The notes beneath the pieces were generated by a model. It did no database searches and had not been told where the DNA came from. It saw nothing but the letters and a program-made list of their open reading frames with translations. From the IMG/VR virus record IMGVR_UViG_3300025732_000004: a DNA stretch of 46,576 nt, one strand, 5' to 3'. Position numbers and translations under genes: made by a program. Source of the stretch: a virus. Position 1 is the first letter of the stretch; every line of letters starts with the position of its first letter. Below are positions 1-7,607 of the stretch, piece after piece.

Positions 1-127
1 CTGGTGCCGCCGCTGATGACGCCCAGTTGGTCGTCAACAATGACGCGCAGGCCGGCGAAGGTGTTGTAACCGACGCCGCTCAAGCCGGAGGCAGCTGAGA
101 CGGTGGAACCGCTCACCTGCACCTGCA
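1..127. repeat. Terminal direct repeat copy 1 (identical to 46450..46576); closure overlap of a circular or circularly permuted assembly
   Basis: Base-by-base comparison of both ends. The repeat lies inside one continuous capsid reading frame. Confidence 0.9.
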
Positions 128-764
128 CGTAGCCCGTCTCCTCCAGATAGGCGGCGACGTTGCTGTGCATGGCGATGGCGGTCAGCTCGGAACCGCGCTC
201 ACCCAGCTTGTTCTTCGCCTTGATGACGTTGGCCGCCGTCAGGTAGTTCGCGCTGGTGGCAGTGGTGGTGCCGCTGGCGTTGTAGGTGTTGGCACCAAGA
301 ACGCCGCTGCCGCTGATGTTGCCGAACAGGCCGCCCAGTTGGGCGATCAGGGTGGCAGTCTTCAGCTTCGCGATGGCGGCGGCAAGCTGGTTGCCGACAT
401 GGCCGAGGGGGTCGGCGGAGGAACCCATCTTCGCCAGATCGTCGGTTCCGTACATGAAACCGCGATGCAGAATCGTCATGATCTGCTCGTCGGCAGTGAC
501 GTTCTGGGCCGTCAGATAGCCGGCGCCGCTGGTGCCCCACGTGTTCCCCGAGGTGATGGTCTCCTCGGTCGGGGCGATGTAGTCGAGGAACGGCACGCGG
601 ACGCGGGTGCCGCCAGCGCGGCAGTCCAGGGCGCTGTTGCGCTGGATCACGCCGGAGCTGAGGAACGCCGATTGCTCAAAAATGCGCTCCGAGGTGTAAG
701 CGAGGAACTCGGGGCGGGTGATCAGGTTCGAGAGGAAAGTTCCTCCCATGTTCTGGAGCGACAT
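1..764 (-). CDS. Major capsid protein, 5' part (ATG at 764; the frame continues across the junction into 46449..46137; 358 aa in total)
   Basis: My translation from ATG 764 gives MSLQNMGGTFLSNLITRPEFLAYTSERIFEQSAFLSSGVIQRN... and runs without a stop to nt 1. It rejoins the supplied ORF 46137..46571 in frame (764+313 nt = 359 codons). The gene sits directly after the scaffold gene. It is missing from the ORF track because it hits the window edge. Confidence 0.8.
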   Translation of the reverse strand, partial: MSLQNMGGTFLSNLITRPEFLAYTSERIFEQSAFLSSGVIQRNSALDCRAGGTRVRVPFLDYIAPTEETITSGNTWGTSGAGYLTAQNVTADEQIMTILHRGFMYGTDDLAKMGSSADPLGHVGNQLAAAIAKLKTATLIAQLGGLFGNISGSGVLGANTYNASGTTTATSANYLTAANVIKAKNKLGERGSELTAIAMHSNVAAYLEETGYVQVQVSGSTVSAASGLSGVGYNTFAGLRVIVDDQLGVISGGT

Positions 765-791
765 GGCTCAAAAGTGCGGGGTTACCGTGGA

Positions 792-1520
792 TTAGCCGCG
801 GCCCGCCTCGGCCTTGAGGGCGCGGGCGAGGTCGGGTTGTTCTGCTTCCAGCCGCAGAGCCTCCGTCAGGTTGAAGGACTCCGCTTTGTAGGGGTTCACG
901 ACGCTGGAGAGGCCGTTGGCGCTGGGCGTGCTGCCCATGCCGCGGACGCCGTTGGCGGCGAAATGGTGCTCCCAGCCGGAGCCGGGGCTGCGCAACTGCG
1001 TGAGATAGGCGTTGAGCGGTTGCTCGATGCCGTTGTTGATCACCGTGGGGCCGCCGTCGCCGGTGCGGAGACGGTCGCGCAGGAGCCCGTACAGCTGTTC
1101 TGGGGCCAGCGCGTTGGCGCTGCTCATTTGCTGTAAGGCGGTGGCGCGGAGACGTTCGCTCTCGGCTTCGGCGTCCTTGGCTTGAAGCGCGGCTTCAAGC
1201 TCGGTGATGCGTTGCAGAAGGCGGGCGTTGTCGGCGTTGGCCTGCTCCCATAGCGTCTTGTACTCACCTTGATCGGCGAGTTGCTGCTGCTTGCCGCTCT
1301 TGAGTTCGCTCTCGCGATCTCGGAGCGCTTTCTCCAGTTCCCCCAGGCGCTCGTTCAGTCGCTTGTTCGCTTCGCCCTTGCTGAGATTGTCCGCCTGGAC
1401 AAGCTCTAGCTTCCGGCGCAGAGAAGCGCTGTCGTCGCTGGTGGTCGTCGGGGCGGGTTGCTGAGCCACGGACTCAACAGGCTCCTCCACAGGAGGAACA
1501 CCCTGGACTTGTTCAGTCAC
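792..1520 (-). CDS. Scaffolding protein
   Basis: 242 aa, rich in Glu/Leu/Ala/Gln and coiled-coil-like (RLNERLGELEKALRDRESELK, ITELEAALQAKDAEAESERL). It lies between the head-morphogenesis gene and the capsid gene. Confidence 0.6.
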   Translation of the reverse strand: MTEQVQGVPPVEEPVESVAQQPAPTTTSDDSASLRRKLELVQADNLSKGEANKRLNERLGELEKALRDRESELKSGKQQQLADQGEYKTLWEQANADNARLLQRITELEAALQAKDAEAESERLRATALQQMSSANALAPEQLYGLLRDRLRTGDGGPTVINNGIEQPLNAYLTQLRSPGSGWEHHFAANGVRGMGSTPSANGLSSVVNPYKAESFNLTEALRLEAEQPDLARALKAEAGRG

Positions 1521-1540
1521 ACAAAAGGCTGGAACTACAG

Positions 1541-1551
1541 CCGAGGTTGCC
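1541..1551 (-). promoter_or_regulatory. Leader motif copy GGCAACCTCGG, 20 nt upstream of the scaffold GTG
   Basis: Read on the minus strand. Confidence 0.45.
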
Positions 1552-1582
1552 GCCCGCTACTAACGCGATTTCGCTGGCTGAG

Positions 1583-2449
1583 TTACACGAACTCCGGTAG
1601 CACAACGCAGCGGCAGAGCGGGTGTAATGGCGGGGCGCCGCGGGGGAACTCCCGCGGCGACGGTGCCACCGTGCCGTGGAGCGGGCGGCATACGGGGCAG
1701 GTGCGGGGGTCCAACACCGCGTTCCAACGCCATTGGCGCAGTTGCGGGAGTGGGGGTGCGGGTTGTGCGCCCGGTGGTATTGGCTGATTGGAGGCCGCGG
1801 CCAATACTTCGGCGGCACGTTCCTGCGCGGGTGTGACCGGTGCCCATAGCGCGGCGGCGCTGATGGAGCGGTAGCGCTCTGCCCACGCGTTGGCGACTGT
1901 GCCCTTGCTCACCACCGGCACCTCGCGGCCGTTGCTGGTGCGGACACCCACCACCTTCCGCGCTACCTCCTCTGTGCTGGGGTCGTAGAAGAAGGTGGCG
2001 ATCACGCTGCGCTCCAGTAGCTGGAGCAGCTGTGACACAAATGGCGGGATGCCGGTGGTGGGGTTGGGCGTGAAGAGGCGCGAGACGCTGGTGCCCACCA
2101 CGCGGGTGGTGTCCAACACCTCCGTGACGGGGCGTGAGTTCAAGGCCCCCTCGGGGAGGCGGAAGTAGCGCTGCACGGGGGGCAGCACCAGCGTCTCCGT
2201 CGTGATCAGGCGCGAGAGCAGTGACTCGCGTAGGAGGTCGTTCGCCTCCAAGAGCCACAGCACGATCTGGCGGCGTAGCTCGGGCCAGCGCAGGTAGCGC
2301 TCAAAGCGGGTGGCGGGGAGGTCGCGCAGCAGCAACGCGTAAATGCGGAGCGCCAGCTCGTAGAGGACGTCGCGGGCGTCGGCGTTGGTGAGGTCCTCGT
2401 TGCGGGTGATGGCGACCGCCAGCTCCCGTAGGTACTCGTCCGGCGTCAC
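1583..2449 (-). CDS. Minor head morphogenesis protein, SPP1 gp7 / Mu F family
   Basis: The C-terminal motif CPVCRPLHGTV...PPLHPLCRCV is typical of the Mu F-like family, and the gene follows the portal. A GTG at 2449 overlaps the upstream stop (GTGA); the track start at 2494 is the alternative. Confidence 0.75.
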   Translation of the reverse strand: MTPDEYLRELAVAITRNEDLTNADARDVLYELALRIYALLLRDLPATRFERYLRWPELRRQIVLWLLEANDLLRESLLSRLITTETLVLPPVQRYFRLPEGALNSRPVTEVLDTTRVVGTSVSRLFTPNPTTGIPPFVSQLLQLLERSVIATFFYDPSTEEVARKVVGVRTSNGREVPVVSKGTVANAWAERYRSISAAALWAPVTPAQERAAEVLAAASNQPIPPGAQPAPPLPQLRQWRWNAVLDPRTCPVCRPLHGTVAPSPREFPRGAPPLHPLCRCVVLPEFV

Positions 2450-2637
2450 AGAGCCTCCCGCGCCTCCTCGTAGCCGGGAATCCCGGCCACGCATCTGGCG
2501 CGTTCGGCGTCGCGATCACGCACAACGGGGGCGTATGGCTCCATGAGCTGGTGGTGCAGCTCTTCGGCGGCCGCGGCTACCTCAGGGTCGCTGAGGTACT
2601 TCTCGCGGACCTCGCTCCAGGTGGGGTGGTGCGTCAT
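2446..2637 (-). CDS. Hypothetical small protein (63 aa)
   Basis: Compact ORF packed between the portal and MuF-like genes, with ordinary amino-acid composition. Confidence 0.5.
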   Translation of the reverse strand: MTHHPTWSEVREKYLSDPEVAAAAEELHHQLMEPYAPVVRDRDAERARCVAGIPGYEEAREAL

Positions 2638-2640
2638 GGC

Positions 2641-4212
2641 TCAGTTGGCATTGCGCCCAGGGCGGAGGGGGGTCTCCAGCGTCTGGCTGCTCAGTGACTC
2701 GCCCTGGCCGGCGCTGGGCGCTTGGAACGCCATGTCGGGACCGGCGGCGTTCAGGCGGTCCATCGCCTGTTGCTCCGCAAGGCGTTCGGCGGTGGCGCTC
2801 ACCTCCGCGTCGATGTCCATCGTGGCGGGTAACACCTCGCCGTCCTGCAAAATGCGCAGGAGCGTCTCCTGGCTGATCGCGCCCTGCATGTAGAGCTGGA
2901 GCATCGCCGTGATCTCGTTGCCGCTCAGCAGGCGGCTGTCGTAGTCGCGGGGGATGTGGACCGTGGGTGGCTCGATGCCCACGTACTCAGCCGCCAGCTC
3001 AAACAGCTGCGTGATGCTGCGCTCCAAGTCGCCGCTGATGACGGCCATGATCGAGTCGCTATCGACGCGATCAAGGCGGCGGGCCTCGGCGGCGGCGTTA
3101 GTGAGGTTGGCTTGGGTAAGGGTGTTGATGCCGAGGCGGCCGATCTGGTCCTCCAGCTCTTTGAGGCACTTGAGCTGGGAGTCGAAGGCTTCGGACGTGG
3201 GTTGCACCCATTCGGCGCCGCCATCTGGGGGCAAAAGCAGCGCTGTGTTGACGCTGATGCCGATGGGTGAGTCGGAGTCGGGGTCGAAGCCGCGTAGCAC
3301 CAGCATCGGGTTGGCGCCGACGTGGATGCTGTGGTGGAAGTCGCACCAGCGCTGCGCGTAGGCGATGCACAGATACGCCACTTCCTCCAGCGGGGGCGTG
3401 GACATCAAGTTGCCGGTGCGCTGGGCGTAGGTCGTCACCAGTGGGATGCGGCTCAAGCTGGTGCGGCCGCTGTCCACTAGCTCCCACTGGGGGCCCTGGC
3501 CGTAGGTGGTGGTCGTGGGACTGCGCCATAGCTCGTAGCCGCCCGGTGTCATCACGCGGATCTGGTCTTGTAGCTCCTCGCCGTAGGCGCCTTTGCTGGT
3601 GACCACGCGCTCGCGGATGCGTACCTGCGTCAACTCCGAGCTGGTGCTGTCGGTGGCTGTGCGCCAACCCAGGATCTGGGGCGGTGACACCGGCACCAAG
3701 TACGGCTTGCGGCGGAGGCGGCGCTCCTCGGCGAGGGTGCGGGGGGTGCCGTCGGCGGCGTAATCGACGATGGTGCTGCTGTGGCCGTACAGCAGGGCGG
3801 TGATCAGCTGGCGGCGGGCGTATTCGTTCAGGGTGGTGCCGTCGCCGCAGACGTCGAGGATCCACTGCTCCCAGTAGGGGTCGCCCTCAATGTGGATGCC
3901 TTTGCGCAGGATGATGCCGGCGGCTTGGCTGGCGAGGCGGTTCAGGAACGGGGGCAGCGTGGCGTGGAATATCCGGCGCTCGTAGCTCTCCTTGGCTTCC
4001 GAGGGTTCGCGGGGGACGATGCTCTCGGCGCGGGCGCGGAGGGCGCGGGTGCCGCCGACGCAAATGTCGATCGGCTCCCAATGCACCGCCATGTTCAAGA
4101 CGGCGCTGCTAAGAACGCTGGGGTCGTCGTTGTTGCCCTGCTGCAACAGACCCGGATACGGCGAAATGACGCGGGTGGGGTAGGTGCTATCGGCCACGCG
4201 GCGCCTAAACAC
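2641..4212 (-). CDS. Portal protein
   Basis: 523 aa. It lies between terL and the MuF-like gene, and its size and position are typical of a portal. The call rests on synteny rather than a recognised motif. Confidence 0.7.
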   Translation of the reverse strand: MFRRRVADSTYPTRVISPYPGLLQQGNNDDPSVLSSAVLNMAVHWEPIDICVGGTRALRARAESIVPREPSEAKESYERRIFHATLPPFLNRLASQAAGIILRKGIHIEGDPYWEQWILDVCGDGTTLNEYARRQLITALLYGHSSTIVDYAADGTPRTLAEERRLRRKPYLVPVSPPQILGWRTATDSTSSELTQVRIRERVVTSKGAYGEELQDQIRVMTPGGYELWRSPTTTTYGQGPQWELVDSGRTSLSRIPLVTTYAQRTGNLMSTPPLEEVAYLCIAYAQRWCDFHHSIHVGANPMLVLRGFDPDSDSPIGISVNTALLLPPDGGAEWVQPTSEAFDSQLKCLKELEDQIGRLGINTLTQANLTNAAAEARRLDRVDSDSIMAVISGDLERSITQLFELAAEYVGIEPPTVHIPRDYDSRLLSGNEITAMLQLYMQGAISQETLLRILQDGEVLPATMDIDAEVSATAERLAEQQAMDRLNAAGPDMAFQAPSAGQGESLSSQTLETPLRPGRNAN

Positions 4213-4220
4213 GGGTGTTA

Positions 4221-4233
4221 CCGAGGTTTCCGG
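4221..4233 (-). promoter_or_regulatory. Leader motif, exact CCGGAAACCTCGG (extended form CCGGAAACCTCGGTAACACCC), 8 nt upstream of the portal GTG
   Basis: Read on the minus strand. Confidence 0.55.
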
Positions 4234-4245
4234 CGAGGGGCGCCG

Positions 4246-4578
4246 TTAGGTGATGGTGCGCGTCTGGTAGTTCGGGTCGCTTTCGTCGAGGTGTGCCTCG
4301 GGGCCGAAGCCGGTGGCGAGTACCTCGGGGGAGATGCCTTCTGGGGCCTTGGGCTCTTTGCGGGTGGCGTCGGACTCCTGTAGCTCGGTGAGCCAGGCGT
4401 CGAAGGCGTCGCGGCTTGGGATGCCTTTGGGGAGCTTCAGGAAGCGCCGCAGCTCCTTCAGGTCGCGGGTGAAGATGCTGGCGCCACTGCTGTAGGCGAT
4501 GTAATAGCGGGCGTTCCAGTCGCGGCCCGTCTCTACGGTCTGGTGCGCAGAAATGCGGTGGGTGCTGCGTTTGGCCAT
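4246..4578 (-). CDS. Hypothetical protein (110 aa)
   Basis: ORF sits 7 nt downstream of the terL stop, with normal composition. Confidence 0.55.
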   Translation of the reverse strand: MAKRSTHRISAHQTVETGRDWNARYYIAYSSGASIFTRDLKELRRFLKLPKGIPSRDAFDAWLTELQESDATRKEPKAPEGISPEVLATGFGPEAHLDESDPNYQTRTIT

Positions 4579-4585
4579 GACGCCG

Positions 4586-5938
4586 TTAGTAGGTGCGGAA
4601 GTCGCTGCCGCCCGAGGCGTAGCGGCGCAGGGGGTTCAGGGCCCAGATCGCGTAGCCGGCGGCATCGACGGGGTGGCTGGGGTCGTCGAGGCCGGAGCCG
4701 CCTTTTTCTGGCTTGCCGCTTTTGTCGTATGCCTGTTGCTCCAGACTCTTGATCAGGTGCTTGCAGCGGGGGTGGACGCGGAGACGGTCGCTCATCAGCA
4801 GCACGTTCATCGCGTTTACGCGGTCCTCGATGGCGGGGTTGCTGCGTTGCTCCTTGAGGACGAAGCCGCCTTTGCGGAGGATGCTTAGGTCGCTCTCCTT
4901 GGCGTTGGTGGTGGTGCGTTGGCGGGAGGCGGCGTCGGGGATCACCACGACGTCGCCGCGTTCGTGCTGGGGTGCATAGCGCTCCTGCAGCAGTGACACG
5001 ATCGCGGGGGTGTCGCGGACAACGTGCTCCTCCACGAAGTGGAACTCGTTGCCGCGGCGTACCAAGACCTCGATCATGCAGTTGCCGACGTTGAGGTCAA
5101 TTCCGGCGTAGACGCGGTCTTCTGGGAGGACGCTTGCGTCCGACCAGTGGCGGTCGCGGTCAAAGTCCGGGTAGACGCTGGTGTTGGCGAGGTTGGTGAA
5201 CTCGCCCTCGATGTAGCTGCGGATTAGCTGGGGCGGGAAGTTGGCGTAGAGCGACTCGACGAAGCCCGGAGGGAGGTGCGGATTGTCGGTGGTCTTGGCT
5301 TTGATCAGGCGCCTGTCGCTGGCGTCGCTCTCGATGAAGGTGCGATACATCCACCGATAGCCCTCGGGCGTGGAGGCGACCGCGAGCTGGGGCTTGTTGC
5401 CGCCGCGGAGTCGCGCCAACACCATCTCGGAGGCTTTCTGGGCGACCTCCGTGGGGCTCGTGTCCACCTCGTCAATGCAGGCGAAGCTGAGGTTCTGGCC
5501 GCGGATGCGGTTCCATGTCTCCGTGGCACGGCACAAAATCGTGCAGGGGCCATGCGGCAGGTGCAGCGTGTAAATGGGCTGGGGTGAGATGCGGAAGTCG
5601 TAGGCGATGTTCTGCGCCTCCAGGAAGTCGTCGAAGCTCCGCACCCAGACGTCCAAAATCATCTGGAACGTCGGTTCAAACACCGCGCCGACGGTGTTGG
5701 GGTTGTCCATCGCCAGCGCCACCGTCTTGCAACACAGTGCGTGCGTCTTGCCGGCGCCAAAACCGGCGCAGTAGCCCACGATCTTCGCGTCCACTTCGTC
5801 CACGAAGGCACGCTGCGCCGGCAGCATTCCGCTTAAGAGCTGGTGCCGTAGCTCCTCGTACGTCTTGTCGCACCGCGTGTTCGTGATGATCGGCGGCTCT
5901 AAAACGCTGCCGCCCGAGATGACTCCGAGGATGGGCAC
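4586..5938 (-). CDS. terL: Terminase large subunit
   Basis: Walker A GYCAGFGAGKTHAL and Walker B-like LSFACIDEVD, followed by a C-terminal nuclease-type region. 450 aa. Confidence 0.9.
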   Translation of the reverse strand: MPILGVISGGSVLEPPIITNTRCDKTYEELRHQLLSGMLPAQRAFVDEVDAKIVGYCAGFGAGKTHALCCKTVALAMDNPNTVGAVFEPTFQMILDVWVRSFDDFLEAQNIAYDFRISPQPIYTLHLPHGPCTILCRATETWNRIRGQNLSFACIDEVDTSPTEVAQKASEMVLARLRGGNKPQLAVASTPEGYRWMYRTFIESDASDRRLIKAKTTDNPHLPPGFVESLYANFPPQLIRSYIEGEFTNLANTSVYPDFDRDRHWSDASVLPEDRVYAGIDLNVGNCMIEVLVRRGNEFHFVEEHVVRDTPAIVSLLQERYAPQHERGDVVVIPDAASRQRTTTNAKESDLSILRKGGFVLKEQRSNPAIEDRVNAMNVLLMSDRLRVHPRCKHLIKSLEQQAYDKSGKPEKGGSGLDDPSHPVDAAGYAIWALNPLRRYASGGSDFRTY

Positions 5939-5986
5939 GGGGCGCCGCCTGCAGCTTCTACGGCTGATTCTAGCTAGGTAGCTCGT

Positions 5987-6010
5987 GGGGGAGTGGGGGT
6001 AGGGGGAGGG
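5987..6010 (+). other. G-quadruplex-type motif GGGGGAGTGGGGGTAGGGGGAGGG
   Basis: Four G-runs (5, 5, 5 and 3 G) separated by 1-3 nt loops, read directly. It lies in the terL-proximal divergent intergenic region. Confidence 0.5.
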
Positions 6011-6235
6011 TGCGTGCGTAGGTAGTAAGTGGGGGTTGGTTATATCTAGGAGGCGCGGGGTATGGCTCTCCCCGCCGCGGCCGTTTGCCCGGGGGCAGGC
6101 CGGCGCCCGCGGCGCCCGCGGCGCCCGTGGCGCAAGCGATCCCGGCGGCTGCGCCTACTAGTGGCGGAGACTAATGCGGCTGGCGCGGTGTCAGAAACCC
6201 GGCGCGGATTGTCTGCGCGATCCGCGGCGCGGATA

Positions 6236-6266
6236 TTGGCAAACCTCCCTACATAGGTGATATCAT
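6236..6266 (+). promoter_or_regulatory. Candidate sigma-70-type promoter: TTGGCA, 19-nt spacer, TATCAT with an extended -10 TG
   Basis: ttggca at 6236-6241, tg at 6258-6259, tatcat at 6261-6266. An 8-bp inverted repeat (aacctccc 6242-6249 / gggaggtt 6277-6284) flanks it, and GCGCGGAT repeats (6202, 6227) lie upstream. Confidence 0.35.
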
Positions 6267-6418
6267 GGAGAAAGGCGGGAGGTTAGCGCTGGCGCAGCCG
6301 GTGCAACGGAGCCTCTCTAAAAGCCTTGCCCGCAAGCTCGACCCTTGCGGCTCTTGCGGCTCCGTTACCGGTTCAGCCGGCGCCATCCCTCCCGCCCCGT
6401 TCCACTGCTACCTGACCC

Positions 6419-6616
6419 ATGGCCACCACCTATGCCACCTTTCCGGACCTCGTGTACGACGGCGGCCGCTATGCGCAGACCGTCTGGCACGGCGCCAGCG
6501 TTGCCGATGCCGTAGCCGCCACGTTGCGCCTCACGCCCGATGCCGTCGTGATGCTGGCCAAGTCGCAAACAGAGCGCGTCGCCGGTTTCGGTCCCGCCGG
6601 TCTGGGCGCTCTGTGA
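6419..6616 (+). CDS. Hypothetical protein (65 aa), first gene of the plus-strand cassette
   Basis: ORF with balanced composition. Its stop overlaps the next ATG (ATGA). Confidence 0.5.
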   Translation: MATTYATFPDLVYDGGRYAQTVWHGASVADAVAATLRLTPDAVVMLAKSQTERVAGFGPAGLGAL

Positions 6617-6747
6617 TGGCGCGTCGCATCCTCGCCGGCGCCATTGCCGCCGTAGCGCTGGCGCTTTGGTCCGACATCCTCCGCCCAGGCGCCGTACCGC
6701 TCCGCGCCACATCCGGCGCCCCGATCCCCACGGCGCTAGCCGACTAG
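6616..6747 (+). CDS. Small membrane protein (43 aa, MARRILAGAIAAVALALWSDIL...)
   Basis: ATGA-coupled to the upstream ORF, with one hydrophobic helix. It is the in-frame tail of track ORF 6265..6747. Confidence 0.4.
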   Translation: MARRILAGAIAAVALALWSDILRPGAVPLRATSGAPIPTALAD

Positions 6748-6766
6748 CGCCCCCTCACTGCATAAC

Positions 6767-6783
6767 GGGCGCCGCTGGCGCCC
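6767..6783 (+). other. Perfect GC hairpin gggcgcc-gct-ggcgccc
   Basis: 7-bp stem and 3-nt loop, followed by ggcgcctttcc. Possibly a weak terminator or attenuator inside the cassette. Confidence 0.3.
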
Positions 6784-6831
6784 GGCGCCTTTCCTGCTAA
6801 CCACAATCCGGCGCACAGCGCCGCTCCTGCC

Positions 6832-7482
6832 ATGCCAACCACCAAACCCGCTCTAACCCTCACCATCACCACCACCAAGGGCCAGCGTGAGATCCCCGCC
6901 ATCTGGCGCGGTCGCAATATCGCGGTTCATGCGCGTTTCGCCAATGGCACGCTGTCGCCGCTGCGCGGTCAATACGGGATTACGCATCTCATCACCGGCT
7001 ACAGCTGCGGCGCCTTCCAATGCTCTAAGGCGCGTGTTCTGAAGCTGGCGCGGCTATGGGATACGCGTTTTGGCGACCTTACCGTCGCCGGTGCTGAGCG
7101 CAGCTGGCGCTACCGCGACACATATACGGCAGACGTTCGGCGCGTGATCGCTGGCGAGGCTCCGGAAGGTCCGGTGCTGCCCGACTTCCCCACTAGCGGC
7201 GACGTTGCCGCGGCCATCTCTCACGCCATCGGCGGCAGTTATGCGCCAGCGGCGCCCGATGATGCAGCAGCGCAATATCCGGCGCGCGAGACGGTAGCCG
7301 CTTCGCTGCTACGCGATGGCGCCGATAGCTTGGAGCTGCTGTGGCGCGGCAAGTGGTGGCCGGTGCCGACGTTCGGCGAGGTTGAAGCGTGGTGTTTCGA
7401 CAGCGTCGCCGAGACACCGGACGGACGCACGGTGGAATGTGACGCGCCGGACGCGTGGCCGCGGCTGCTAGGCGTCATTTGA
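6832..7482 (+). CDS. Hypothetical protein (216 aa) with a conserved-looking C-terminal ...ETPDGRTVECDAPDAWPRLLGVI tail
   Basis: ORF with normal composition. I recall the C-terminal D-G-x-x-V-E-x-D...W-x-x-L-L-G-(L/V)-I pattern from many uncharacterised phage and actinobacterial proteins; this is from memory and unverified. Confidence 0.6.
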   Translation: MPTTKPALTLTITTTKGQREIPAIWRGRNIAVHARFANGTLSPLRGQYGITHLITGYSCGAFQCSKARVLKLARLWDTRFGDLTVAGAERSWRYRDTYTADVRRVIAGEAPEGPVLPDFPTSGDVAAAISHAIGGSYAPAAPDDAAAQYPARETVAASLLRDGADSLELLWRGKWWPVPTFGEVEAWCFDSVAETPDGRTVECDAPDAWPRLLGVI

Positions 7483-7607
7483 CGCGCCGGCGCTACCCAA
7501 CCGCCTAGCGGGCGCTACGGCGCCCGCACCTAGTGCCATGCGCGCCGGCTGTCCCGGCGCGGCTTTGCGGTGCCGGCGTATAGCCGGCGCCCACTGCTAC
7601 GGGACAC

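Noticed and set aside
165-1136. A 323-aa plus-strand ORF across the capsid and scaffold genes
   Set aside because: Its composition is Gly/Ala/Arg/Val-rich, and it lies antisense to two well-supported structural genes. No start context or motifs.
1560-2258. A 232-aa minus-strand ORF, plus other alternative-frame ORFs within the MuF-like gene
   Set aside because: It is out of frame with the ORF that carries the conserved MuF C-terminal Cys motif, and its composition is Pro/Arg/Gly/His-rich.
6103-6135. The repeat ggcgcccgc ggcgcccgc ggcgcccgt, and the general abundance of GGCGCC between 6.0 and 9.3 kb
   Set aside because: The short triplet-like repeat is real, but I could not tie it to anything. 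The wider GGCGCC excess in coding DNA is expected from Gly-Ala codon pairs (GGC GCC) in a high-GC genome. I did not pursue it as a site-specific signal.
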